Shown: positions 46,273 to 56,560, numbered from the stretch's first letter. The stretch: 64,000 nt of DNA from Synechococcales cyanobacterium VAR_4_metabat_354 (GCA_031414775.1 JANOQI010000042.1:32001-96000); one strand, 5' to 3'. Notes: generated by a model from the sequence alone, not told the origin. Program-made: numbers and translations.

Positions 46273-47438
46273 TTATGGTCAAGAAATTTAATTTATTTAA
46301 TTCATTGTTCCTAAATGTGTCGGTCATGGACCGCTATATTTTTATCCAGCTGTTGTTGCCATTTCTCTTTGGGGTGGGGGCATTTTCTTCGATCGCCACT
46401 TCGATCGGCAGTGTTTTTGATCTGATTCGGCAAGTCACCCAATTTGGTCTGCCCCTAGCCACCGCTGTCAAAGTGCTGCTGTTGACGATGCCCGAATTTC
46501 TGGTCTATTCTTTTCCGATGTCGATGTTACTCGCCACCATGATGACCTTTGGACGGTTGTCTGGAGACAGTGAAATTATTGCGATGCGCAGTGCCGGGGT
46601 GAGTGTCTATCGACTGATTGTGCCCGCGATCGCCCTCAGCTTTATGATCACAGGACTGACCTTTTTGCTGCAAGAATCCCTAGTCCCAGCGGCCAAAGTT
46701 GAGGCGGCAGCTACTTTAGCTCAGGCATTGAAACAAGATAAACCAGCTTTTAAACAAGAAAATATTATTTATCCAGATTATGCCGATGAAACTGGTGCCG
46801 ATGGCCAGAAAACCCGGAACTTGGTGCGGCTGTTCTACGCCCGGCAGTTTAATGGCAAAGAAATGACGGATGTCATGGTGATTGACCGGTCGCGTAGTGA
46901 TGTCAGTCAAATTATTAATGCCAAGTCTGGTCAAATGAATTTGGGCGAAAAAACTTGGGACTTTGCTAACGGCACCATCTATGTAGTCGATCCGAAGTCG
47001 GCGAACTCGACGAAGAGCCAGTTCGAACACTTGAATGTTTATTTAGGTAAAACCCCCCTGGATTTGGCGGCACCCGATCGCAAGCCGGAGGATATGAATA
47101 TTGCCGAAAAGATTAAGTATCTAGATGTCTTGCGATCGAAAGCCGACTGGAAAGCCTTGAATACTTTCCAAATCAATATTCAGCAAAAGCTAGCCCTGCC
47201 ATTTGTTTGTTTAATTTTTGCTCTAATTGGTTCAGCAGTGGGTATCAGGCCGCAGCGCGGTGGCAAAGCGACTAGCTTTGGGGTGAGCTTACTCCTGATT
47301 TTTGGTTATTACCTAATTCTGACGGTGATGGGGGGGATGGGAGAGGCTGGTTATTTATCGCCCTTTTTTGCTGGCTGGATACCCAACATCCTGGGAGTTG
47401 GGGTTGGTATTTATCTGCTAACGAAAACGGCTCGCTAA
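46269..47438 (+). CDS. LptF/LptG (YjgP/YjgQ) permease
   Basis: MDRYI, RLSGDSEIIAMRSAGVS..R, WIPN; 6-TM layout. Confidence 0.92.
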   Translation: MIMVKKFNLFNSLFLNVSVMDRYIFIQLLLPFLFGVGAFSSIATSIGSVFDLIRQVTQFGLPLATAVKVLLLTMPEFLVYSFPMSMLLATMMTFGRLSGDSEIIAMRSAGVSVYRLIVPAIALSFMITGLTFLLQESLVPAAKVEAAATLAQALKQDKPAFKQENIIYPDYADETGADGQKTRNLVRLFYARQFNGKEMTDVMVIDRSRSDVSQIINAKSGQMNLGEKTWDFANGTIYVVDPKSANSTKSQFEHLNVYLGKTPLDLAAPDRKPEDMNIAEKIKYLDVLRSKADWKALNTFQINIQQKLALPFVCLIFALIGSAVGIRPQRGGKATSFGVSLLLIFGYYLILTVMGGMGEAGYLSPFFAGWIPNILGVGVGIYLLTKTAR

Positions 47439-47486
47439 AACGTCCGAGGGCTATTTTGTACTACATTAACTATAAGTACTATTAAA

Positions 47487-48464
47487 TCACAGATCTATTT
47501 CAGTACTTTTTACTATATTCATACCCGCTGCGGCGAACCTGTCGTAAGCGGCATTGGCTGCTTCTGTATAGTCCACCACGCCTGCTACTACCACCGGAGA
47601 GGTGCAGTCTGATAGCAAATAAACCTTGCTGGCTAGACTAGGATCAATTTTTTGAATGGCAATGAGTAAATCTGCCACTGTCCAGGCCACACAGTGGCTC
47701 TGGGCTTGTCCCGCAATTAAAAGTTTATCGAATTTTAAGAGGCATTCGATTAATTCATCATTCTGGCGACCAATTACTTGACCTTTCAGATCTGTAGTGA
47801 CTTCGGGGGCGATGGCCGAATAGTTTTCGGTAAGTGGAGAGTCGCCCTTGGTAATAATTTGGGGCTGGGCACTCCGGGCGATCGAATGGAAAAAAATGGC
47901 TGCTTCGACTGCGGGTACCAAGGCATGACCAATGCCACCCAACATGGCGTGATATGGCCAAATGGTCAGGGGATATTTGCCGGCCAGTGCCAGCTGTTGC
48001 ACATAATATAAGGCGTAGGCTGACAGCTGTGGCTGACTCGGTAGCCACTCACCAGTTTGCACTGCCGCTGGTTGAATAATGGTCAGCGGAGCCGGGTGCT
48101 CCCCAGCCGGATTAATCCAAAATAGGGGATGGAAAATCTGCATGGCCTGGTGGGTGTCCAGAGTTGCGATGATCTGGGTGAGGTTGCCCAGCTGTCGGTA
48201 AATAAATTCACAGAGCCGAATGTTGTCATCGATCGATCCTCGCCCACTACGACCACCCACAAATAGCTCGAAATCTGGCTGACAAAAAGTATTTTGGACA
48301 TCAATCAACAGCAATGCTACCTGCTGCTGATCTTGAACGGTAGCAGTGATCTGATGTTGCTGTGCCCACTGGCTGGCGGTCTGAGCTAATTCTTGATAAG
48401 GCACTCGCCAGATACGGCTCACACTATCAGCCGTGAAATGTTGGGGTAAGGGTAAGGTGGCCAT
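47487..48464 (-). CDS. Isochorismatase/nicotinamidase-like cysteine hydrolase
   Basis: LIDVQNTF (Asp), TLDTH, WPYH, TKG (Lys), AQSHCV (Cys). Confidence 0.88.
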   Translation of the reverse strand: MATLPLPQHFTADSVSRIWRVPYQELAQTASQWAQQHQITATVQDQQQVALLLIDVQNTFCQPDFELFVGGRSGRGSIDDNIRLCEFIYRQLGNLTQIIATLDTHQAMQIFHPLFWINPAGEHPAPLTIIQPAAVQTGEWLPSQPQLSAYALYYVQQLALAGKYPLTIWPYHAMLGGIGHALVPAVEAAIFFHSIARSAQPQIITKGDSPLTENYSAIAPEVTTDLKGQVIGRQNDELIECLLKFDKLLIAGQAQSHCVAWTVADLLIAIQKIDPSLASKVYLLSDCTSPVVVAGVVDYTEAANAAYDRFAAAGMNIVKSTEIDL

Positions 48465-48518
48465 TTTGGTCTAATATCGAGTAAGTGGCTCTTTAATTAT
48501 AGTTTTATTTACCATAAT

Positions 48519-48572
48519 TGCAATTGTTTACTAAAAATACGGCTCTGAAAAGCTTTTTAGTAAACAATTGCA
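48519..48572. repeat. Perfect 19-bp inverted repeat in a divergent intergenic region
   Basis: TGCAATTGTTTACTAAAAA (48519-48537), 16-nt spacer, TTTTTAGTAAACAATTGCA (48554-48572). Confidence 0.9.
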
Positions 48573-48781
48573 GTTGAGTACTACGCTATTTTGCTGATCT
48601 CTGGTTACAATTAGACAAGGCAACAGTGAAAACAATGCTCCATCTTGTAGTGCAATATTATTAGGGTTTGGATAAACTGCTGCTACTTTGAACTTCTGAG
48701 CGTATGCAATGCTAACAATTTGGGTGTGTTAGACAGGCATAAGTCTTTCATAATCAAATAGATTTAGGTGCTAGAGGAAGT

Positions 48782-50113
48782 ATGACAATGACCAAAAATC
48801 GCAATTTAGCCCTGGGAGCCAGCCTCATACTGCTCGCTGGTGCTGCATTGGCTATTAGTGGCAACCATCTGTCAAAGAGCATGACATTGTTGTCAACTAA
48901 TCCTAAGGAAGTGGTGGAAGAAGTTTGGCAAATCGTTAACTACAGCTATGTCGATGGCACTTTCAATAAAAAAGATTGGAATGCGATCCGTAAGAAATAT
49001 GTAATTAATGCCAATTACAAAACTGATACGGAAGCTCACCAAGCTGTGCGGCAGATGCTGCAAGAGCTAGACGATCCATACACGCGGTTTATGGATAAAA
49101 AAGACTTTACTGAAATGCAGTCGGACAACTCTGGCAAGCTGTTAGGAGTGGGCCTTCAGCTGACTCAGGATGAAAAGACTAAGCAAATTGTGGTAGTCGC
49201 TCCGATCGATGATACTCCTGCCGCTAAGGCTGGCATTATTGCCAAAGATGTGATCATTAAAATTGATGGCAAAAGTACTCAAGGTCTGGATTTAAATCAA
49301 GCTGTTCAGTTGATGCGAGGTGAAGAAGGGACTGTGGTATCACTAACAGTTCAGCATGGCGATCAGATCGTTGAACACAAGCTACGACGACAGCAAATTG
49401 AGCTGCACCGTGTCAAGGCCGAATATCGACCCCATGAGCTGGGTGGTGTGGGCTATATTCGCCTTAACCAGTTCAGTGCCAATGCGACCGAAGAGATGCG
49501 GACAGCCATCAAACAGATGGAATCCCAGAAAGTCAGCGGCTATGTGCTAGATTTGCGATCGAACCCTGGTGGTTTGCTGTATGGTGCGATCGACATTGCC
49601 AAAATGTGGCTGAATAAAGGTACGATCGTCTCCACCCGCAATCGCATTGGTGGTTGCGATGATCGCAGTACCGATTGCAAACAAAGTGCTGATGGCACCG
49701 CGCTTACCAACAAGCCGTTAGTTGTCTTAGTGGATGGCGGTTCCGCTAGTGCTAGCGAAATTTTATCGGGAGCCTTGCAAGATAACAAACGAGCACAACT
49801 AATTGGGAGCAAGACTTTTGGTAAAGGCTTAGTCCAGTCGGTACGCCCGCTCCATGATGGTTCGGGCTTGGCCGTTACCACGGCTAAATACTTTACCCCC
49901 AGCGGCAAAGATATTAACAAGCAAGGTATTAAGCCGGATGTAGATATTGATCTGAGTAAAGAGGATATTCGATTGCTGATGCAAGAGCGGCAGCGAGTCG
50001 CGACCAAAGATGATCCGCAGTATGCCCAGGCTTTGATCACTCTGCAAAGTCAGATTGCGGCTCAAAATGCTGCTCCAACAGCGATCGCGAAACCTACTAC
50101 TACTATTAATTAG
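48782..50113 (+). CDS. C-terminal processing protease (S41, CtpB/CtpC-like), copy 1
   Basis: LDDPYTRF, PDZ, GYIRL.QF, LDLRSNPGG, SASASEI..GALQD, TFGKG.VQ. Confidence 0.95.
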   Translation: MTMTKNRNLALGASLILLAGAALAISGNHLSKSMTLLSTNPKEVVEEVWQIVNYSYVDGTFNKKDWNAIRKKYVINANYKTDTEAHQAVRQMLQELDDPYTRFMDKKDFTEMQSDNSGKLLGVGLQLTQDEKTKQIVVVAPIDDTPAAKAGIIAKDVIIKIDGKSTQGLDLNQAVQLMRGEEGTVVSLTVQHGDQIVEHKLRRQQIELHRVKAEYRPHELGGVGYIRLNQFSANATEEMRTAIKQMESQKVSGYVLDLRSNPGGLLYGAIDIAKMWLNKGTIVSTRNRIGGCDDRSTDCKQSADGTALTNKPLVVLVDGGSASASEILSGALQDNKRAQLIGSKTFGKGLVQSVRPLHDGSGLAVTTAKYFTPSGKDINKQGIKPDVDIDLSKEDIRLLMQERQRVATKDDPQYAQALITLQSQIAAQNAAPTAIAKPTTTIN

Positions 50114-50310
50114 CTGGATGGCGGTGCGCAGCTTTTGCTGAATATTGGCAGAGTTTGGCTATGAGATGGCACTTTTGTGGGAAAACTTGGTCATAATATT
50201 AATTACAACTTGATTTCAAGACCGGCAAGAACTACTCATGACCTAATTTGAGTATGTTAATCTGGGCGTAGGCTTTCGCGACTAACTTACATTTGGGTAA
50301 TAGAAAAAGC

Positions 50311-51687
50311 ATGATGACGATCAACAAGCGTAACTTAGCCATTGGTGCAACTACCATGCTCCTCGCTGCTACTGCCGTACTAGTTAGTGGTAGCCACTTG
50401 TCTAAAAGTGTGGCCTTGCTGAAAGCAAACCCCAAAGAAGTGGTCGAAGAAGTTTGGCAAATCGTAAATTTCAGCTATGTTGATGGTACTTTCAATAAAA
50501 AAGATTGGAATGCGATCCGCAAGAAGTATGTAACTAAAGCTAATTACAAAACTGATGCTGAGGCTTATAAAGGTGTGCGGGAAATGCTCAAAAATCTGGG
50601 CGATCCCTATACGCAGTTCTTAGATAAGAAAGAATATAAAGACATGCAGCTAGACACGGCTGGCAATCTGATTGGTGTTGGGATCCAGCTGACTCAAGAT
50701 CCCAAGACGAAACAATTAGTGGTGGTTTCGCCGATCGAAGATACCCCGGCGGCTAAGGCTGGCATTATTTCTAAAGATGTGATCATCAAGATTGATGATA
50801 AAAGTACCAAGGGCATGGATGTGAATAAGGCGGTCTCGCTGATTCGGGGGCCGGAGAACACCTCCGTGGTTTTGACCATTAAACAAGGTAATCAGACGAT
50901 TCGGCATAAATTGCTCCGCCAAAAAATTGAAATTCATCCAGTGAAGGCTGAGTACCGACCCAATGATTTGGGCGGTGTTGGTTATATTCGGCTCAACCAG
51001 TTTAGTGCTAATGCTTCTGATGAGATGAGTGCTGCAATTAGGAAGATGGAAGCCAAGAAGGTTAATGGCTATGTCCTGGACTTGCGAGGTAATCCGGGTG
51101 GATTGTTGTATGGGGCGATCGATATTGCGAAGATGTGGCTGAATGAAGGTACGATCGTCTCCACCCGTAATCGCAGTGGTGGTTGTGATGGTCGGACTGC
51201 TAATTGTAAGCAAGTAGCCGATGGTTCAGCGCTAACTGATAAACCGTTGGTGGTGTTGGTGGATGGTGGTTCCGCTAGTGCTAGCGAAATTTTATCGGGG
51301 GCCTTGCAAGATAACAAGCGCGCCCAGTTAGTTGGGAGCAAAACCTTTGGTAAAGGCTTGGTTCAGGCTGTCCGGCCACTGCGTGATGGTTCCGGTTTGA
51401 AGGTGACGATCGCTAAGTACTTTACACCAAGCGGTAAAGATATTAATAAACTCGGTATTAAACCGGATGTGAATGTCCCCCTCAGCAAGAAAGATATTAA
51501 AGCATTGATGCAAGACCGTAAGCGGTTAGCGACTAAACAGGATCCGCAGTATGCCAAAGCGCTAGTGGCGTTGCAAGGTCAAATTGCTAATCGGGTGGCC
51601 AAGCCCACTGCTGTGGTACCTGAGCCTCAATCTACTGCTGCGGTGTCTCAGCCCCAAGCGACGGTTGTTGTGCCTGCGGTTCAATAG
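50311..51687 (+). CDS. C-terminal processing protease (S41), tandem copy 2
   Basis: Close paralog of copy 1. ATG 50311 preferred over TTG 50293 by alignment with copy 1. Confidence 0.95.
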   Translation: MMTINKRNLAIGATTMLLAATAVLVSGSHLSKSVALLKANPKEVVEEVWQIVNFSYVDGTFNKKDWNAIRKKYVTKANYKTDAEAYKGVREMLKNLGDPYTQFLDKKEYKDMQLDTAGNLIGVGIQLTQDPKTKQLVVVSPIEDTPAAKAGIISKDVIIKIDDKSTKGMDVNKAVSLIRGPENTSVVLTIKQGNQTIRHKLLRQKIEIHPVKAEYRPNDLGGVGYIRLNQFSANASDEMSAAIRKMEAKKVNGYVLDLRGNPGGLLYGAIDIAKMWLNEGTIVSTRNRSGGCDGRTANCKQVADGSALTDKPLVVLVDGGSASASEILSGALQDNKRAQLVGSKTFGKGLVQAVRPLRDGSGLKVTIAKYFTPSGKDINKLGIKPDVNVPLSKKDIKALMQDRKRLATKQDPQYAKALVALQGQIANRVAKPTAVVPEPQSTAAVSQPQATVVVPAVQ

Positions 51688-51880
51688 CTGCTCGATACTA
51701 GTTTCTGTTTTCAGTAGTCGATGGTGATGTTGTATTCCTCTGTTGGTGATTTTACTAATAGGGGACTTTGTCAGAAATGAATTTATTAGAGGCGCAGCAG
51801 CTTTTTGTAATTCTCTTTGTAGGGAGGAATTATAATAGCTGAGAGCGCTGGTCTACCAAATTCATCCAGATATCAACAAA

Positions 51881-52675
51881 ATGATAGAACTATACCAATT
51901 TGAACTTTCGCAGTTTTCGGAAAAAGTGCGACTGATCCTAGATTTCAAAGGCTTAGAGTACAAGAAAATTGAAGTGGTACCCGGAGTTGGCCAACTAGAA
52001 ATCTTTGGGTTATCTGGTCAAAGGCAGGTGCCGGTCATTAAAGATGGCAATATGGTGGTGGCTGATTCCACTGCAATCGCCATGTACCTAGAAAAAACCT
52101 ATCCCGATCGCCATTTGATTCCCACGAATGCTCAGTCTAAAGCTCTGTGTATGATTATTGAAGAATGGGCGGATGAGTCGATCGGAACCAAAGGCCGGAA
52201 GTCTTTGTTTGGAGCCTTAAAGAATCATAATCTGCGCTCTTCGATGTTACCCAATGGCACACCAGAACTGTTTCGTAGTTTGGTGAATGGGATTCCTAAT
52301 GAGCTGATTGATGCGGTAGGATTCGGAGTGGGGTTGAATCCTACTGTACTGAAAGAAGTTCAGGATTCTTTGCATCGAGATTTGGAGTCAATTTGTTTAC
52401 TGTTACAGCAGCATCCTTACCTATTGGGGGATAAGCCGACTTTAGCTGATTTGACGGTGGCGGCGCTGAGTCTGGTGATCAAAATTCCGGATGGACCTTA
52501 TCTGAATATTCCGAGCAATTTAAAGGGCAAGGGCATTCCGGGTTTTGCGGATAATCCGGCCTATGAGATATTTTTTGCTTGGCGCGATCGGCTTTATGCT
52601 GAATATCGTAAGCCGCATGTGGATAACAATTTTCCACCGACGGCTAGTGCCCCGACTACTATTGCGATCGATTAG
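51881..52675 (+). CDS. Glutathione S-transferase family protein
   Basis: LYQFELSQFSEKVRL.L..KGL, QVPV..D, DST.I..YL, PTLADL. Confidence 0.92.
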   Translation: MIELYQFELSQFSEKVRLILDFKGLEYKKIEVVPGVGQLEIFGLSGQRQVPVIKDGNMVVADSTAIAMYLEKTYPDRHLIPTNAQSKALCMIIEEWADESIGTKGRKSLFGALKNHNLRSSMLPNGTPELFRSLVNGIPNELIDAVGFGVGLNPTVLKEVQDSLHRDLESICLLLQQHPYLLGDKPTLADLTVAALSLVIKIPDGPYLNIPSNLKGKGIPGFADNPAYEIFFAWRDRLYAEYRKPHVDNNFPPTASAPTTIAID

Positions 52676-52702
52676 ACCATAATTGTGAGTTTCTGGAATT
52701 AT

Positions 52703-52722
52703 TAGGGTGGGCACTGCCCACC
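52703..52722. repeat. Short palindromic dispersed repeat (REP/SDR-like)
   Basis: TAG-GGTGGGCA-C-TGCCCACC, a palindrome type common in cyanobacterial intergenic DNA. Confidence 0.75.
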
Positions 52723-52746
52723 ATCTAGTTTTTAGGGGATTCTTAT

Positions 52747-53238
52747 ATGGATTACACTGTGCGAACTTTGACCGTTGCCGATGAGCTGATCGTCTGGACA
52801 ATGTTGATGCACGCTGCCCATGAAACCTCGCTGGAATCTGTTCAAAATCAGTCTCTCCTTTCCCGCTACGCTGATGGTTGGGGTAGAGCCGGTGATATTG
52901 GTTGGGGAGCTTTTGCTGGTAAAGTGTCGATCGGAGCTGCTTGGTTGCGGTTATGGTCGGGCGACCACCAAGGATTTGGCTATATTGACCCCACAATTCC
53001 AGAACTCGCGATCGCAGTATTGCCGGAGTATCGCGGTCATGGGGTGGGGAGTGCTCTACTCGTAAAGATTTTGGCGACTGCTCCGAGTTTATTTCCGGCA
53101 GTGTCTTTGAGTGTGCGGTCTGATAATCCAGTTCTAGGGTTGTATCAGCGATTGGGGTTTATCAAGGTGACTGGCAGTGAAGTGGTGAATCGGGTTGGTA
53201 ACATTTCTTTTAGTATGCTGTGCGAGTTTAAAAATTGA
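52747..53238 (+). CDS. GNAT-family N-acetyltransferase
   Basis: GAAWLR, PELAIAVLPEYRGHGVGSALL, SLSV..DNP...LY.RLGF. Confidence 0.92.
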   Translation: MDYTVRTLTVADELIVWTMLMHAAHETSLESVQNQSLLSRYADGWGRAGDIGWGAFAGKVSIGAAWLRLWSGDHQGFGYIDPTIPELAIAVLPEYRGHGVGSALLVKILATAPSLFPAVSLSVRSDNPVLGLYQRLGFIKVTGSEVVNRVGNISFSMLCEFKN

Positions 53239-53270
53239 TTACTTGTTCGATCGCCATGCTAACTGAAAAG

Positions 53271-53426
53271 TTAATAATCACTGTCAGCAACACAAATCCC
53301 CTTACAACTAATCCCATTGGTTTTTGTGCGCTGGCAATGAGGGCATAAGATTTTTTCGGTTTCTGTTATTTGTTGATACATGATTTCTGGCAGCGGTTCT
53401 GGTTCGGTTTGGTGCTTTAAAGTCAT
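53271..53426 (-). CDS. 51-aa Cys-rich small protein (not in ORF track)
   Basis: MTLKHQTEPEPLPEIMYQQITETEKILCPHCQRTKTNGISCKGICVADSDY; CxxC-x9-CxxxC. Confidence 0.75.
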   Translation of the reverse strand: MTLKHQTEPEPLPEIMYQQITETEKILCPHCQRTKTNGISCKGICVADSDY

Positions 53427-53592
53427 AAAGGCGAAAAAATTGCTTGGGGCTTGTATTATGTATTTTACCTGTTTAACTCAGCGGGGATATGCTTAATCGA
53501 TCTCAGCATGATCAAGATGACCCAAGATTGCCTGTCGATTTGCTAGTCTTGGCTGGGTATGCTATCAGGCAGTAGTTAGGATAAAAATCACT

Positions 53593-55191
53593 GTGGCCAC
53601 CAGCGAAATTTCTCACGAGTTGATTACCGCCCACGCCAACTCTGAGCGCGAAACGCACTACCAAATCAAAAGCATTTTAGGCGAAGGTGGTAGTGGCATC
53701 ACTTACCACGCCCAAGTTATGGGCACCGACCGCTCAGTCGCCCTCAAAGAACTTTCCCTGCACCGAATGAATGATTGGAAAGCGATCGATCTATTCGAGC
53801 GGGAAGCTCAAGTTCTTGCCCAGCTTCAACATCCGGCTATTCCTAAATATATTGATTACTTTGCGATCGACACACCCGATAATCGCAGTTTTTACATTGT
53901 GCAGGAACTCGCTCCTGGCAGAACCTTAAGTGATTGGCTCCACGATGGCTGGCGCTGTCACGAGGCTGAGGTTAAAGACATCGCTGTTCAGATTTTAAAA
54001 ATTCTAATTTATCTGCAAAGGCTGCGCCCGCCAGTCATTCACCGGGACATTAAGCCCAGTAATATTTTACGCACGGCCACCGGCCACATCTCACTGGTAG
54101 ATTTTGGGGCGGTGCAGCAGACTTACCACGACACTTTTATGCGAGGTAGTACGGTGGTAGGTACCTATGGTTACATGGCTCCCGAACAATTTCGGGGGCA
54201 ATCTTTGTCTGCCACCGATCTGTACGGCTTGGGAGCGACCATCTTAACTTTGTTAACCAATCGATCGCCTGCCGAGTTGGCGCAAGAAAATTTGAAAATT
54301 AGCTTTCGGAGCAAGATTCAAGTTTCTGATAGCTTTGCTGATTGGCTAGAAAAAATGTTGGAACCCGATACTGCGGATCGGTTTACTTCTGCAACGGCGG
54401 CCTTAGCTGCGTTGAAGAATCCGCCTCGCCAGCGCTCTAAATCTATTTGGCAACAGATTGTAGCCGTCAGTTTATTGGGCATTGTGACAGTGGGACTCTT
54501 TGACTATTACAAGTATTATTTTCTGAGTATGTGGGGTTTTACGCCGCAGGCTGCTTTTACGGCAATTTGGCAAGAAGGGAATGTTAGCAAAGTTCGATCG
54601 TTGATCGATCGAGGCGTGAGTGCCAATGCCAAGGATGCCAAAGGTAGCTCTTTGCTACACTATGCCGTAACTAACAACCGGTTAGAGATTGCCCAAGTAT
54701 TGATTGATAAAGGCGCTGATATGAATGCTCGCTACGACGAAGATGGTCATACCGTTCTACACTTGGCCGTACTGCATCCAGACGGGGGCATGACTAAATT
54801 GTTATTAATGAATAAAGCCAATCCTAATGTGCGGGACAATCTGACCTACACGCCCTTGCACGTCTCAATCTTACGAGAACTCACTCCCTATACAGTCGAT
54901 CTTCGCTCTTACTATGGATTAGCAAATTCTTTAAGCGATCGACAGTCAATAAAATCGATGCAATATCTGTTGCAGTCTGGAGCGGATGTCAATGCCGTGA
55001 CGACTTTTTCACCACAGTTGAAAAAAGTTGTAGATCGAATTAAAGACCACAAACCCGGCGAGGAAAGATATTTTTACGGTACTCCCCGCGATATGACCAT
55101 GGAAGATCAGATTAGAGATACGCTACTCATTCAATATGGTGGCAAAACAGCTAGATGTCGGCACAAGACTTTGCACTGTAAACTTGGATGA
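53593..55191 (+). CDS. Ser/Thr kinase - TM helix - ankyrin repeats
   Basis: GEGGSG, ALKE, HRDIKPSN, DFG, GTYGYMAPE; TM; ankyrin LLHYAV, TVLHLAV, TPLH. Confidence 0.93.
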   Translation: MATSEISHELITAHANSERETHYQIKSILGEGGSGITYHAQVMGTDRSVALKELSLHRMNDWKAIDLFEREAQVLAQLQHPAIPKYIDYFAIDTPDNRSFYIVQELAPGRTLSDWLHDGWRCHEAEVKDIAVQILKILIYLQRLRPPVIHRDIKPSNILRTATGHISLVDFGAVQQTYHDTFMRGSTVVGTYGYMAPEQFRGQSLSATDLYGLGATILTLLTNRSPAELAQENLKISFRSKIQVSDSFADWLEKMLEPDTADRFTSATAALAALKNPPRQRSKSIWQQIVAVSLLGIVTVGLFDYYKYYFLSMWGFTPQAAFTAIWQEGNVSKVRSLIDRGVSANAKDAKGSSLLHYAVTNNRLEIAQVLIDKGADMNARYDEDGHTVLHLAVLHPDGGMTKLLLMNKANPNVRDNLTYTPLHVSILRELTPYTVDLRSYYGLANSLSDRQSIKSMQYLLQSGADVNAVTTFSPQLKKVVDRIKDHKPGEERYFYGTPRDMTMEDQIRDTLLIQYGGKTARCRHKTLHCKLG

Positions 55192-56552
55192 TCACCATGA
55201 CAAATAATGTTTTTCCATTGCCACAGAAGCTGGATAATGAACCTCCCGTGACACTCCAAGATCGATATCAAATTATTGAAATGCTTGGCCAAGGCGGTGT
55301 CGGGATTACCTATTGCGCTCAGGATTTGTCCAACAACAGTATTGTTGTGCTCAAAGCTTTGTCTTTAAGAAGAGCCGGAGACTGGAAAGCGATCGAACTA
55401 TTCGAGCGCGAAGCCAAGGTGCTATCGCAGTTAAATCATCCAGCTATTCCCCAATATATTGATTATTTCCAGGCAGATAGTGAGCGTGATCGACATTTTT
55501 ATATTGTCCAAACCTTAGCTGAAGGCGATTCCTTGGCAAATTTAGTGGAAAAAGGCTGGGAGCCAACTATTCCTGAAGTCCAAGACATCGCCGCTCAAGT
55601 ACTAGAGATTTTGATTTATCTGCATACCTTAATTCCAGCTGTTATCCACCGCGATATTAAACCGCAAAACCTGATCAGAAACTCCGCTGGTCGCATCTCA
55701 CTAGTGGATTTTGGGGCGGTGCAAGATACTTACCACACCGTAACTGGTGGCAGTACTGTCGTCGGTACTTATGGTTATATGGCTCCCGAACAGTTTCGTG
55801 GTCAAGCTTACTTCTCTACCGATCTCTATGGGCTAGGCACTACAGTAATCTATCTATTGACCAGGACAGATCCGGGGGTTTTGCCGCAGAAAAAATTAAA
55901 AATCGATTTCCGGGCTTATGTGAAAATTCCGCAGAAATTTGCCGATTGGATCGATCGATTACTTGAGCCAGAAGTGCAACGCCGGTTTGAAACCGCTGAT
56001 CGGGCTTTAGCTGTTCTGCAAGGTCGCCAAGAACTCCCGCTTCTCGCTGGCCAAAAACCAGCCAATAGCAAGGTTAAACTTACGAAATCTGCTCAACAGC
56101 TCCGGGTGAGCATTCCAGCCGCTGGTCTTAATTATTCCAGCAGTCGGCGTTTCAGCTTGTTGACCTTAAGTTGGAACGGTATCCTTTTTTTCCTATTGTT
56201 CTACTCTCTTACTCTGGGTTTAATCATGGATCCAGGCAAGCAAGCATTTTTTATTGTTTATGGCCTGGTGGGTGTATGGCTATTTTTGCAGTGGTGCTAT
56301 GGCGTGTTAGCGAAAGTGACGATCGATATTCAAGGTGACACAGTATTTATCACCAAAGCGTTGCCCAAAAGCCAAGGCATCCAGAAAGAATTTCCCCTCA
56401 CCGATAGCTCTTGGCGGCGGCAGCTAACCCTGCCTCGGTTTCCTTTCTATGGCTATCAATACCGGATTGCTTCCTTCCTCACGCCCGCTGAACGTTATTG
56501 GTTGCTGAGCGAGATTGATGCTTTTACCGATGGCTCATCCCGAGAAAACTAA
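55188..56552 (+). CDS. Ser/Thr kinase with C-terminal two-TM domain
   Basis: Kinase domain paralogous to the upstream gene (WKAIELFEREA, GSTVVGTYGYMAPEQFRG); 4-nt overlap. Confidence 0.93.
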   Translation: MITMTNNVFPLPQKLDNEPPVTLQDRYQIIEMLGQGGVGITYCAQDLSNNSIVVLKALSLRRAGDWKAIELFEREAKVLSQLNHPAIPQYIDYFQADSERDRHFYIVQTLAEGDSLANLVEKGWEPTIPEVQDIAAQVLEILIYLHTLIPAVIHRDIKPQNLIRNSAGRISLVDFGAVQDTYHTVTGGSTVVGTYGYMAPEQFRGQAYFSTDLYGLGTTVIYLLTRTDPGVLPQKKLKIDFRAYVKIPQKFADWIDRLLEPEVQRRFETADRALAVLQGRQELPLLAGQKPANSKVKLTKSAQQLRVSIPAAGLNYSSSRRFSLLTLSWNGILFFLLFYSLTLGLIMDPGKQAFFIVYGLVGVWLFLQWCYGVLAKVTIDIQGDTVFITKALPKSQGIQKEFPLTDSSWRRQLTLPRFPFYGYQYRIASFLTPAERYWLLSEIDAFTDGSSREN

Positions 56553-56560
56553 TCACAGCA

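Noticed and set aside
42743..47438. ftrC clustered with lpt genes
   Set aside because: A commonly conserved cyanobacterial gene order; only the LptA duplication is unusual.
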